From assembly GCA_044225505.1 (NCBI GenBank), contig JBGAIN010000104.1:1-32648 (forward strand): DNA of 32,648 bases. The letters run 5' to 3'. Shown in pieces: positions 17,864 to 26,058 of this stretch (positions are counted from its first letter, which is position 1; the number at the start of each line of letters is the position of its first letter). Source of the stretch: Limisphaerales bacterium. Lineage in GTDB: Bacteria > Verrucomicrobiota > Verrucomicrobiia > Limisphaerales > SIBE01. The translations under genes and the position numbers were made by a program. Below the pieces are notes generated by a model. The model ran no database searches. It saw only the letters and a list, made by a program, of their open reading frames with translations, and was not told the DNA's origin.

Positions 17864-17892
17864 TTGTCAAAAGTCGGGGTTTTTCCTATGGT
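17864..17892 (+). promoter_or_regulatory. sigma70-type promoter for the porin gene
   Basis: TTGTCA (17864-17869), 17 nt, TATGGT (17887-17892). Strong RBS AGGAGG at 17981-17986. Confidence 0.55.
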
Positions 17893-17992
17893 TCGAGCCA
17901 ATTGCACCGTTTTTGGTGCGGTGGGCAAAGTGGATTTGCCCCGGACAACGCATAAAAACGTTTATAAAAACAACGATCGCAGGAGGAACAAG

Positions 17993-19180
17993 ATGAAGTG
18001 TAATAAGTGGACGCTGGCTTTAGCCGCTGCTGGAGTGGTAAGCCTCGGCTCAGTCGCACAGGCTGAGGAGGCGCAGCACCAAGTGCTGACCGCTCTCTCT
18101 TCCACCACCCTCAGTGGGTATGTGGATACATCGGCCATTTGGAAGGTCGGTTCGGATCGACATGACGCGACCTATTCCGGCATCCCTGGCCGCACGTTTG
18201 ACGGCACCGCAGACAAGCTCGACGGCTTCAATCTGCACGCGGTGAAGTTGAGCCTGGAAAAGCCGTTGGATGAAGGACAATGGGCGGCGGGTTACAAAGC
18301 GGACTTGGTTTTTGGACCAGACGCCAATTACTACGGCACGACCCTGAACGGTGGCGTCAGCACGGGTGCGGACGACTTCGCAGTTAAGCAAGCCTATGTC
18401 GCATTGCGCGCTCCGGTGGGTAACGGGATCGACATCAAAGTCGGCGTTCTCGACACCATCGTCGGCTACGAAGTATTCGAAAGCCCAAACAACCCCAACT
18501 TCAGCCGTTCGTTCGGGTATGCCCTTGAGCCGACGCACCATACGGGCGTTCTGGCCAGTTACCACGTGACGGATTGGTTGAGCGTGTCCGGCGGCGTCGC
18601 CAACACGGCCTACGGCCCGATCAACGGAAAGGGAACACAGTACGGCGAAGCCGAATCAGCCAAGACCTTCATGGGCTCGGTGGTCATCACCATGCCTGAA
18701 GCGACGGGTCCTTTGGCCGGTTCTGTCCTGTATGCTGGGGTGGTGGACGGTTCGGCCTTCGGCAACCCCGAAGACTCGACGCTCCTCTATGTCGGCGGCA
18801 CGATCAAGACCCCGCTCGAAGGCCTGGCCTTGGGCGCAGCTTGGGATTACCGGGATGACGGTCCGACAGTCGGCGGTGCGGTCCAAAATCGCGCCTACGC
18901 TCTGGCCGGTTACGCCTCCTACTCGTTCACCGAGAAATTCCGAACCCACGCCCGCGTGGATTACGTGAATGCGGATGCCGGAACCTTCTATACGTTCGGT
19001 GCCGCGACCCACGAGAAACTGCTCGCGACGACGCTCACCTTGGATTATTCCTTGTGGGATAACGTCTTAACTCGTGCAGAACTCCGCTGGGATCACTCCC
19101 TCAACGGCGACAAGCCTTACGGCAATGCCGACGAGAAGAATGCTCTGACCTTGACGGCGAACTTGGTTTACAAGTTCTAA
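17993..19180 (+). CDS. Outer-membrane beta-barrel porin (BBP2/DUF1597-like)
   Basis: Signal peptide MKCNKWTLALAAAGVVSLGSVAQA; KQAYV, TIVGYEVFES..NPNFSRS, P.HHTGV, RAELRWD; C-terminal aromatic BAM-signal-like end (LVYKF). AGGAGG RBS before ATG 17993. Confidence 0.85.
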   Translation: MKCNKWTLALAAAGVVSLGSVAQAEEAQHQVLTALSSTTLSGYVDTSAIWKVGSDRHDATYSGIPGRTFDGTADKLDGFNLHAVKLSLEKPLDEGQWAAGYKADLVFGPDANYYGTTLNGGVSTGADDFAVKQAYVALRAPVGNGIDIKVGVLDTIVGYEVFESPNNPNFSRSFGYALEPTHHTGVLASYHVTDWLSVSGGVANTAYGPINGKGTQYGEAESAKTFMGSVVITMPEATGPLAGSVLYAGVVDGSAFGNPEDSTLLYVGGTIKTPLEGLALGAAWDYRDDGPTVGGAVQNRAYALAGYASYSFTEKFRTHARVDYVNADAGTFYTFGAATHEKLLATTLTLDYSLWDNVLTRAELRWDHSLNGDKPYGNADEKNALTLTANLVYKF

Positions 19181-19199
19181 GTCGACGGAATCGATTACG

Positions 19200-19229
19200 C
19201 CCCTCCTGAGAAATCGGGAGGGGTTTTTT
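19200..19229 (+). terminator. Rho-independent terminator
   Basis: CCCCTCCTGA-GAAA-TCGGGAGGGG hairpin followed by TTTTTT, about 20 nt after the porin stop. Confidence 0.85.
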
Positions 19230-19357
19230 ATTGGCCGAAGAAGAAGCTTCGGTGGACCAGGCCAGGCCGCAGGGTCCGCCAAGCCCCTTCACGATGGTAG
19301 GCGCCCCCGGCGCACGTTCACAGGAGTCACCCCCAGTCCTGCGCTGAAATCCCCGCT

Positions 19358-21175
19358 CTAACGACGGAACTTCCGAGCGAGCAGCTGGAAGAATTCTTGA
19401 GCCTGCGGTGTCTTTAGCCAGTACAAGCCCATGATGTAGACGAGACTGGCCACGCCCATCGGCACGAAAACGGCACCGACGCGCTGAGCGAACCCCACGT
19501 AACCGATCCAGCGATTCCACAACTGCAGAACGACCCAGGCGAGTTGTCCGGACAGAATCGCAGCTCCGACCATGTTGAGGAGGTGGCGCCGTAGAGACGC
19601 CAGGTCAAGAAACTTGAGTTTACGGCGTAGGGCATAGAAAAGGAGCCAGACATTCATCAAAGCGCTCATGGTATTCGCGATTCCTAACCCTCCCTGTCCG
19701 AGCGGATAAACCAGCCACAAGGTGAAAACGACGTTAAGCGCCAGACAAACCGTGCTTATTTTCATCGGCGTTTGCGTGTCTCCTAGCGCATAAAACGCTC
19801 GCGCCAGAATATTGACGACGGAAAATGCGATTAATCCTGGCGCCAGACACGCCAAGGCAAAGGCGACGTTGCGGGTGTCAAAGGCGCTGAATTTGCCGTG
19901 CTCAAAGAGGAGACGAACGATCGGTTCGGCCAAGACCACCAGCAGAACGGAGGCGATCGTGTTACCGAATGCAAGGTAACCCAGTCCTTGATTCAAGGTG
20001 GTTTGAAACTGAGGAAACTTCTTCTCGGCCGCCAAGCCCGAAAGAGTCGGGAGCAAGTAAGTGGCGAGAGAAATTCCAAACATACCTTGAGGGAGTTCCA
20101 TCAATCGAACCGAGTAGTCGAACCAGGTGAAAATCTGAGGATCTACGGAGTAGGCGATCCCTTGCGTTAACAGGACGTTCAACTGGAACGCCGCGACCCC
20201 CATCATGCCGGGGATCATTTTCCGGATTACCTGGGAGACGACGTCATTGCCGAACGGCGAAACCCAGTGAAAGCGAAAGCCTTCGCGCAGCAGAGTCGGG
20301 AGCTGATAGGCCGTCTGCGCGGTTCCAGCCACCAAAACCCCAAAGGCGAGGGCGAAGATCTGTGTGTCCAGACGTTGACCGAACCTCGGTGCGACGACCA
20401 GTACAACAAAGATCATCACGGTATTCAGGACGGTCGCCCCCATGGCGGGCACGAAGAAATGTCCACGAGCGTTGAGCATCCCCATGAAGATTGCGGCCAG
20501 GCAGACCAAGAGCATGTAAGGGAACATCAACCGAAGCAAAAACAACATCAGGCGCCGGTCCGGAGTGAGATACCCAGCGTGTGGGAACGACGGCTTGAGC
20601 ACAACAACGGGAGCGTTTGAACCGTTGAGAAGCCCCTCGGGAATCACCCCGCGCGCCAGGGCGTTGGATAGGACGATTGCCGTGGAATTCGACACATGAG
20701 GCGGAGCATTGGACAACAACCGAGCGAGCTCAGCCCGTGCGACGGCTATGTCTGCGTCGATACTTCTCGGCGGAACTTGCGATTGCGAAGTCAGAGGCAA
20801 AGGCGCTCGTCTAAGGCCCAAGGTTGACGGCGAATCGAGGGCCAAGACGACCGAGATTCCGAGCAAAACGATGAAGATAATCGCCGTGGAGGCCAGGACT
20901 AAGCCGCAAATTACGGCATTGGCCGCTCGCCACATCGCGGCTTCCCCCTCGGTTTTCTCCTTTTCTTTGAAGATAGGGATGAAGGCGGCGGTTAAGGCGC
21001 CTTCTCCGAGCAATCGTCGGAAGAGGTTGGGGATCATGAAAGCCAGCTTGAAAGCCGCTGCTACCAAGCCTGCGCCCATGAAGTTGGCGTACAAAACTTC
21101 CCGCCCCATGCCCAGAATGCGACTGAGCAACGTGGCGGCGCCCATCGCCCCGGACGATTTTAACATTTGGGACAT
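19358..21175 (-). CDS. murJ: Lipid II flippase MurJ (MviN)
   Basis: TLLSRILGMGRE, AFMIPNLFRRLLGEGALTAAFIP, RLMELPQGMFG, LFEHGKF, RAFYALGDTQTP. Confidence 0.93.
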   Translation of the reverse strand: MSQMLKSSGAMGAATLLSRILGMGREVLYANFMGAGLVAAAFKLAFMIPNLFRRLLGEGALTAAFIPIFKEKEKTEGEAAMWRAANAVICGLVLASTAIIFIVLLGISVVLALDSPSTLGLRRAPLPLTSQSQVPPRSIDADIAVARAELARLLSNAPPHVSNSTAIVLSNALARGVIPEGLLNGSNAPVVVLKPSFPHAGYLTPDRRLMLFLLRLMFPYMLLVCLAAIFMGMLNARGHFFVPAMGATVLNTVMIFVVLVVAPRFGQRLDTQIFALAFGVLVAGTAQTAYQLPTLLREGFRFHWVSPFGNDVVSQVIRKMIPGMMGVAAFQLNVLLTQGIAYSVDPQIFTWFDYSVRLMELPQGMFGISLATYLLPTLSGLAAEKKFPQFQTTLNQGLGYLAFGNTIASVLLVVLAEPIVRLLFEHGKFSAFDTRNVAFALACLAPGLIAFSVVNILARAFYALGDTQTPMKISTVCLALNVVFTLWLVYPLGQGGLGIANTMSALMNVWLLFYALRRKLKFLDLASLRRHLLNMVGAAILSGQLAWVVLQLWNRWIGYVGFAQRVGAVFVPMGVASLVYIMGLYWLKTPQAQEFFQLLARKFRR

Positions 21176-21476
21176 GCCGACGAGGCGCCAGTAAACTAAG
21201 AAGCTGGCACTTGTGCAAATTAAGAAACGGGTTCAGGTTAATCCTTAGAAACACCGAGACCAGGAACGTCGGGGTAATCTTAACAGGGCAAGGCCTTACT
21301 CATGGTTCACTTTGGCTCCGCCTGTCTTGGGGCCATTGGGTTGACGCTAGGCTGGGACAACAGGCCTTCCCAGCGAGACGTCCATAACTGCCATGTAATT
21401 CAAGATCAGCAACTTGAACAGTTGGAACCTGACCGTTATCCAGCGAGCAGCTTGGAATTGAACCTGCTGAATTTGA

Positions 21477-21504
21477 TTGTCAGGGCGTTGGCCAATGTTA
21501 AATT
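21477..21504 (+). promoter_or_regulatory. Putative sigma70 promoter with an extended -10, upstream of the DUF4032 gene
   Basis: TTGTCA (21477-21482), 16 nt, TAAATT (21499-21504) preceded by TG at 21496-21497; ATG at 21539. Confidence 0.45.
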
Positions 21505-21538
21505 CGCCAAAGTCAAAAGCGTCAACCATTAGTGACCT

Positions 21539-21766
21539 ATGCCGAACGACAGCAATAGTCCTCCGACGAGCGGCAGCGACCTGGTCAAGAATTCCTCGCT
21601 CTATAGGGAGTTTCAGGCGGAGCGAGAAGAGATCCTGAAACATAAGTGGATTGAGTCCGAAAAAGCCGGCTACGATATTGGGTTTGAACAAGCCTTGACC
21701 GACTGGATTGTCAAACATCGCTCGAAGTGGCGCAAAGGGCGCCAGACTCAGACTGGCCAGAACTGA
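21539..21766 (+). CDS. Small DUF4032-like protein
   Basis: SSLYREFQAEREEILKHKWIESEKAGYDIGFEQALTDW, a recognisable conserved small protein. Confidence 0.78.
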   Translation: MPNDSNSPPTSGSDLVKNSSLYREFQAEREEILKHKWIESEKAGYDIGFEQALTDWIVKHRSKWRKGRQTQTGQN

Positions 21767-21773
21767 CCCGCTT

Positions 21774-21808
21774 TTCCTTTAATGCAATCCAGTGAGGTTG
21801 CAAAGGAA
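21774..21808 (+). promoter_or_regulatory. PyrR-binding RNA stem-loop
   Basis: TTCCTTT-AAT-GCAA-TCCAGTGAGG-TTGC-AAAGGAA contains the CUUUAA and ARUCCNGNGAGGYU consensus elements and lies directly upstream of pyrR. Confidence 0.88.
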
Positions 21809-21811
21809 CCT

Positions 21812-21856
21812 ATGAATTTCCCCCACATTCCCCCTGCTCTAGGGGCAGTGTCTTGA
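21812..21856 (+). CDS. Putative 14-aa pyr leader peptide (MNFPHIPPALGAVS)
   Basis: ATG 21812 is preceded by AAAGGA, which is the 3' arm of the PyrR stem. TGA at 21854-21856 lies 12 nt before the pyrR ATG. Confidence 0.45.
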   Translation: MNFPHIPPALGAVS

Positions 21857-21868
21857 GACGTTGCTTGT

Positions 21869-22405
21869 ATGCCCACCTCTACCATTCTGTTGGACGCCCC
21901 AGCGATCGATCGAACTTTGGCTCGCATTGCTCATGAGATCAAAGAACGTAACGAGGCGGGTGATGGCAAGCTGGCCTTAGTGGGAATCCCGCGCGGCGGC
22001 GTCCATTTAGCGAACCGGTTGGCTGAAGCTTTGAGGCGGCTCTGGCAGCATCCGGTTCCCATCGGTTGCCTGGATGTCAGCATGCATCGGGATGACATTG
22101 ACCAGCGGATTGGGCGTGAGATTCATCCGACGAAGATCCCCTTCGATCTGAACGGTAAGATTGTCATTCTGGTCGACGACGTTCTGTTTAGTGGCAGAAC
22201 GGTTCGAGCAGCGATGGACGCTCTGAACGATTTTGGGAGGCCGCAAGCCATTCAGCTCGCGGTCCTGGTTGATCGAGGTCACCGGGAACTGCCCATTCGA
22301 GCCGACTACGTGGGCAAAAACGTTCCCACCGCGCTGGGCGAACGGATCAAAGTCAGCCTTAAAGAGGAGGGCGGTAACGAGGTGGTCTACTTGGAGAAGC
22401 CATGA
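21869..22405 (+). CDS. pyrR: Bifunctional pyr operon regulator / uracil phosphoribosyltransferase
   Basis: [59 protein letters not shown]. Confidence 0.96.
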   Translation: MPTSTILLDAPAIDRTLARIAHEIKERNEAGDGKLALVGIPRGGVHLANRLAEALRRLWQHPVPIGCLDVSMHRDDIDQRIGREIHPTKIPFDLNGKIVILVDDVLFSGRTVRAAMDALNDFGRPQAIQLAVLVDRGHRELPIRADYVGKNVPTALGERIKVSLKEEGGNEVVYLEKP

Positions 22406-23343
22406 GCTGGAATCGCAAGCATTTGCTGGACGTCCAATCCCTTTCGGCCAAAGAGATCATCACCGTCCTCGATACAGCCCAAGCATTTAAGGCGGTGGGC
22501 GAACGCGCGATCAAAAAGGTCCCCGCCCTCCGCGGCAAGACCGTCGTTCTCCTCTTCGTCGAGCCGTCGACGCGAACTCGGATCAGCTTTGAACTCGCCG
22601 CGCAGCGGTTAACGGCGGACATTATCAACTTTACCGCGGAAGCTTCGTCGCTGAAGAAAGGCGAAACACTCAAGGACACGGCGCGAAATTTGGAAGCCCT
22701 GAATGCGGACATTATCATCATTCGCCACAGCGCTACGGGAGCACCGCATTTCCTCGCCCGATTTCTGAAATCCAGCGTCATTAACGCTGGAGATGGAGCT
22801 CACGAACATCCAACGCAGGCTCTTCTAGACACGTTCACGATCCGTGAGAAGAAAGGCCGAATCGCGGGGCTGAATGTAACGATCTTGGGAGATATTCTCT
22901 ATAGTCGTGTCGCACGATCGAACATCTGGGCCTTGTGCAAGTTGGGCGCCAATGTAACGCTCTGCGGCCCCTCGACCTTGGTTCCTCGGGAATTCGAACA
23001 GATGGGGTGCCACGTCACTCACAATGTGAATGAGGCTGTTGCCAACGCGGACATTATCAACCTACTGCGCATCCAACACGAACGTCAGCGGAAATCCATG
23101 TTCCCGAGCATCGGCGAATACGCCAGTCTGTTTGGCCTGAACAAATCTCGACTCGCGACCACAAAACCGGACGTGCTCATCATGCATCCGGGCCCGATCA
23201 ATCGTGGCGTTGAAATCGATAGCGACGTGGCGGATGGAGATCGGTCTGTGATCCTCGAACAAGTTACCAATGGATTGGCCGTTCGCATGGCGGCCCTGTT
23301 CTTGGTGAACGGTGGCAAAGGGCCTCAGGAAGTCACAGGATAG
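22402..23343 (+). CDS. pyrB: Aspartate carbamoyltransferase catalytic subunit
   Basis: [66 protein letters not shown]. Overlaps the pyrR stop. Confidence 0.96.
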   Translation: MSWNRKHLLDVQSLSAKEIITVLDTAQAFKAVGERAIKKVPALRGKTVVLLFVEPSTRTRISFELAAQRLTADIINFTAEASSLKKGETLKDTARNLEALNADIIIIRHSATGAPHFLARFLKSSVINAGDGAHEHPTQALLDTFTIREKKGRIAGLNVTILGDILYSRVARSNIWALCKLGANVTLCGPSTLVPREFEQMGCHVTHNVNEAVANADIINLLRIQHERQRKSMFPSIGEYASLFGLNKSRLATTKPDVLIMHPGPINRGVEIDSDVADGDRSVILEQVTNGLAVRMAALFLVNGGKGPQEVTG

Positions 23344-23451
23344 CCACTTCTTCCTTCGGCGGAGGTTCCCGCGCTCAAGCAAACCAAAAGCCTCGGAATA
23401 AATCTTGGCAGTCGCCAAGCACCCGACCTTTTAGCGACGGACGGAACGACC

Positions 23452-24030
23452 TTAAATCTCGTTCCAGGAATCGATGATATACCCCCGCCCCATGCCCAGG
23501 TTGCCGAGCGCTTCGTCATAGTGAAAATTGAAGTGCCCATTCATCCTCACTGTCTTGCTCACACTAGCGCCGATAAAGTCGATGATATCGTTGCCGCTGA
23601 GGTCAATGGTCTCCTCGGCCACCATGGCATGGGTCCAAATACCATCCTTGCGCGTCGTCACTCGAACTTTAAGGCCGGTAAAAAGCTGAGTCTGTTGTTG
23701 ATCCTGGCCAGCCCAGGCCAACCATCCCACAAAAACGCCAGGATTAGTGGGAGCTGGGACATGACCTTCGCTCTCAACGCTCGGCGGGTCCGAAGCCGAG
23801 ATTGTGACGGTGTAACAACTCTCACCCAAATAACGCGTCCGCGTATACCCTCCGACGCAGGCAGATCAGCCTTTCGAAAGCAGCTTGGTTATTCCACCGC
23901 GGTTGATGTGAGTCCTAGCCTCCTCGATACCGGCCCCGGTCAACGGTATGCAACCGTTCCAGGAAGCAGAACGCATGATGGAAAGATTCCGCGCCCGAAC
24001 GAGTAAAAGCTAACTGGACGCTCACGCGTA
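23452..24030 (-). pseudogene. Degraded PilX-like (type IV pilus / pseudopilin-associated) gene
   Basis: The frame of ORF 23452..23829 continues upstream through in-frame stops (TGA 23868-23866, TAG 24012-24010): S*LLLVRARNLSIMRSASWNGCIPLTGAGIEEARTHINRGGITKLLSKG*SA...YTVTIS. The AGIEEA segment is PilX N-terminal-like and the end HYDEAL...GYIIDSWNEI is typical of such proteins. No start or prepilin leader found. Confidence 0.65.
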
Positions 24031-24067
24031 GCCGCTGGAAAAGGCGTTGAGGGAGAAACGTGCTGTG

Positions 24068-24643
24068 TCAAAGCTGCGCCGCCAATCGAGCCTGGCTCGC
24101 CTCGAAGACTTCTTTGTGCAGGGAGTTGCCGTGGGCGTCCATCGTCACAACCGCTGGGAACGCTTCTACTTCGAATTCCCAAATGGCTTCGGGAGAGCCG
24201 AATTCCTTGAGAAAAGAAACGCCCCGCACCTTCTTGACGCATTCCGCCAAAACCTGCGCCGCGCCTCCAATGGCGTGGAAATAAACACATCCGTATTCCT
24301 TGCAAGCGGCCAAGGTTCGCTCCCCCATCCCTCCCTTACCGATCACTCCTCTCAAGCCAAAGTCACGAATCACTTCCCACTGGTAGGGCTCTTCACGGAT
24401 GGACGTCGTCGGTCCAGCGGCGGTGGCCTTCCATTCGCCCTTCTCATCTTTGACTACCACAGGACCGCAGTGGTAAATGATACCATTCTTCAAGTTAACA
24501 GCCGGAGGAAGCTTACCACCGTCATGCAGATACTTGTGGACGGCGTCGCGTCCAGTAAACAGGACTCCGCTAATTTGGACGGCGTCGCCGACTTTTAGGG
24601 AACGGATCTTTTCCTCGGTAAATGGAATTGTCAGAGTAGTCAT
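24068..24643 (-). CDS. Class I fumarate hydratase / tartrate dehydratase, beta subunit (C-terminal domain)
   Basis: LKVGD.V.ISG.LFTGRDAVHK, YHCGPV, AAGPTTSIRE, IGKGGM, GSPEAIW, MDAHGNSLH. Confidence 0.92.
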   Translation of the reverse strand: MTTLTIPFTEEKIRSLKVGDAVQISGVLFTGRDAVHKYLHDGGKLPPAVNLKNGIIYHCGPVVVKDEKGEWKATAAGPTTSIREEPYQWEVIRDFGLRGVIGKGGMGERTLAACKEYGCVYFHAIGGAAQVLAECVKKVRGVSFLKEFGSPEAIWEFEVEAFPAVVTMDAHGNSLHKEVFEASQARLAAQL

Positions 24644-24652
24644 GGGATTGAA

Positions 24653-25531
24653 TTAATAAAGCCAGTTTTGAATGCTGCCGTCAGGCTTCAACACGAAGCC
24701 TTGCCGCCGGTAGGCCCAACACATGTAGCTGATACTGACGAAGAACGACGCTGGCACTCGATTCGCCGCACAGATCTTCACGCCAAGCAACGTCGTCTTA
24801 CCTCCGAAACCCATCGGCCCAATCCCGAGGTCATTCGCTGTCTTCAGAACGTCCTGTTCCAGTCCGTCTAATTCCGACACCGAATTGCGATCTCCGATCG
24901 TGCGCAGTAACTGCTGCTTCGAAAACTCATAGCCGGTGGCTCGATCCCCACCAATACAAACTCCGAGAATTCCTGGACCACAGCCCTTGCCTTGCGCTTG
25001 CAATACAGCATCTAGAATCACTCGACGGCAGCCTTTCAGGTCACGATCCGCTTTCAGTTTTTCATTCGGAAGCGAATACTGGGCGCCGACATTCTCGCAA
25101 CCGCCTCCTTTGAGCATCAACCGCACTCGAACTTCTTCCGTGCGATGTTGATGAAAGTGAACCGTTGGTGTGCCAGGCCCGACGTTTGTCCCATCGTTTA
25201 CCCCAGTCAAAGAATCAACGGAGTTCTGTCTGAGGTAACCTTTCTTGGTCGCTTCCCGGACGACGTCGCGAGCGGCCTCCTCGAAACTGATCTGGTCGAA
25301 CCCAACGGGACAGTCCACGTAAAAAAGAATGCTACCCGTATCTTGACAAATCGGCTGTGATTTCTTTTTCGCGAGCTCGATATTCTGCTCGATAATCTTG
25401 AGCGCTGACTCCGCGATCGTGCCTTTCTTCTCGGATTCGAGGGATTGCAGCAGTGCGGCCTGAACATCATCAGGAATTTCAGCGGAAGTGCGCCGGATTA
25501 ACTCCAGCAGCGAAGCACGAAGAGCATTCAT
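24653..25531 (-). CDS. Class I fumarate hydratase / tartrate dehydratase, alpha subunit (Fe-S)
   Basis: PICQDTG, LRQNSVD, KGGGCEN, GCGPGILGVCIGG, GIGPMGFGGKTT, MCWAYRR (three Fe-S cysteine motifs). Confidence 0.92.
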   Translation of the reverse strand: MNALRASLLELIRRTSAEIPDDVQAALLQSLESEKKGTIAESALKIIEQNIELAKKKSQPICQDTGSILFYVDCPVGFDQISFEEAARDVVREATKKGYLRQNSVDSLTGVNDGTNVGPGTPTVHFHQHRTEEVRVRLMLKGGGCENVGAQYSLPNEKLKADRDLKGCRRVILDAVLQAQGKGCGPGILGVCIGGDRATGYEFSKQQLLRTIGDRNSVSELDGLEQDVLKTANDLGIGPMGFGGKTTLLGVKICAANRVPASFFVSISYMCWAYRRQGFVLKPDGSIQNWLY

Positions 25532-26058
25532 CGAATTATCGTAGGAAACCGGCCTTCTGGTGTCAACGGCGGCCTAACAGGTTTAATCCTCGTTGCAAAC
25601 GAAAAGAGGCATACCTAATTCTACGGACTGCGATACCTCCCCTCCCGCCCTTTCTTGACCTCGAGCCCAATGAGCGATGGCAGGTTAGTGGAGTTCCCCG
25701 AAACCAAAATTGGGCAATGGATAGCGGCCACTCACTAAACAGCCCAGTCCACCAAGTTAAGCAGTTGTTAACGAAACAAAAGATTGTCAAATTCTGCAAT
25801 CCATCAATGATATGGTCGCTTATAATGGCAGATTGCGACGTTGAAAAAGTCGGTCTGATTGAGCGAGCTATGGCAATTTTGGGATCTACTCCCAGATCGA
25901 GCTCGCTCTTCTCCAGTGTTGAGCTTGGACTTCATTTTGGAGCGGCGCCCGTGAGACGAGCTGCGCCACCAACCTTTTCCGCCGTCTGGGTCTGCCGAGC
26001 CGCCATCGAGTCGACAAACATTTCTCTAAGTCAGCAGCAAACTCCCGCTCAGTAGGTC

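Noticed and set aside
17921..17940. sigma54 promoter for the porin
   Set aside because: GG-to-GC spacing is 12 rather than 10; better explained as a hairpin.
21302..21532. 76-aa ORF upstream of DUF4032
   Set aside because: No family resemblance or RBS, and it overlaps the likely promoter. It cannot be fully excluded.
23866..24012. Alternative genetic code or stop read-through to rescue the PilX-like frame
   Set aside because: Other genes in the window end normally in TGA and TAG, and the frame contains both stop types and lacks a start.
25453..26055. 200-aa ORF between the fumarase genes and the giant gene
   Set aside because: It overlaps the fumarase alpha gene on the opposite strand, has atypical composition, and spans a divergent promoter region (TATAAT at 25821).
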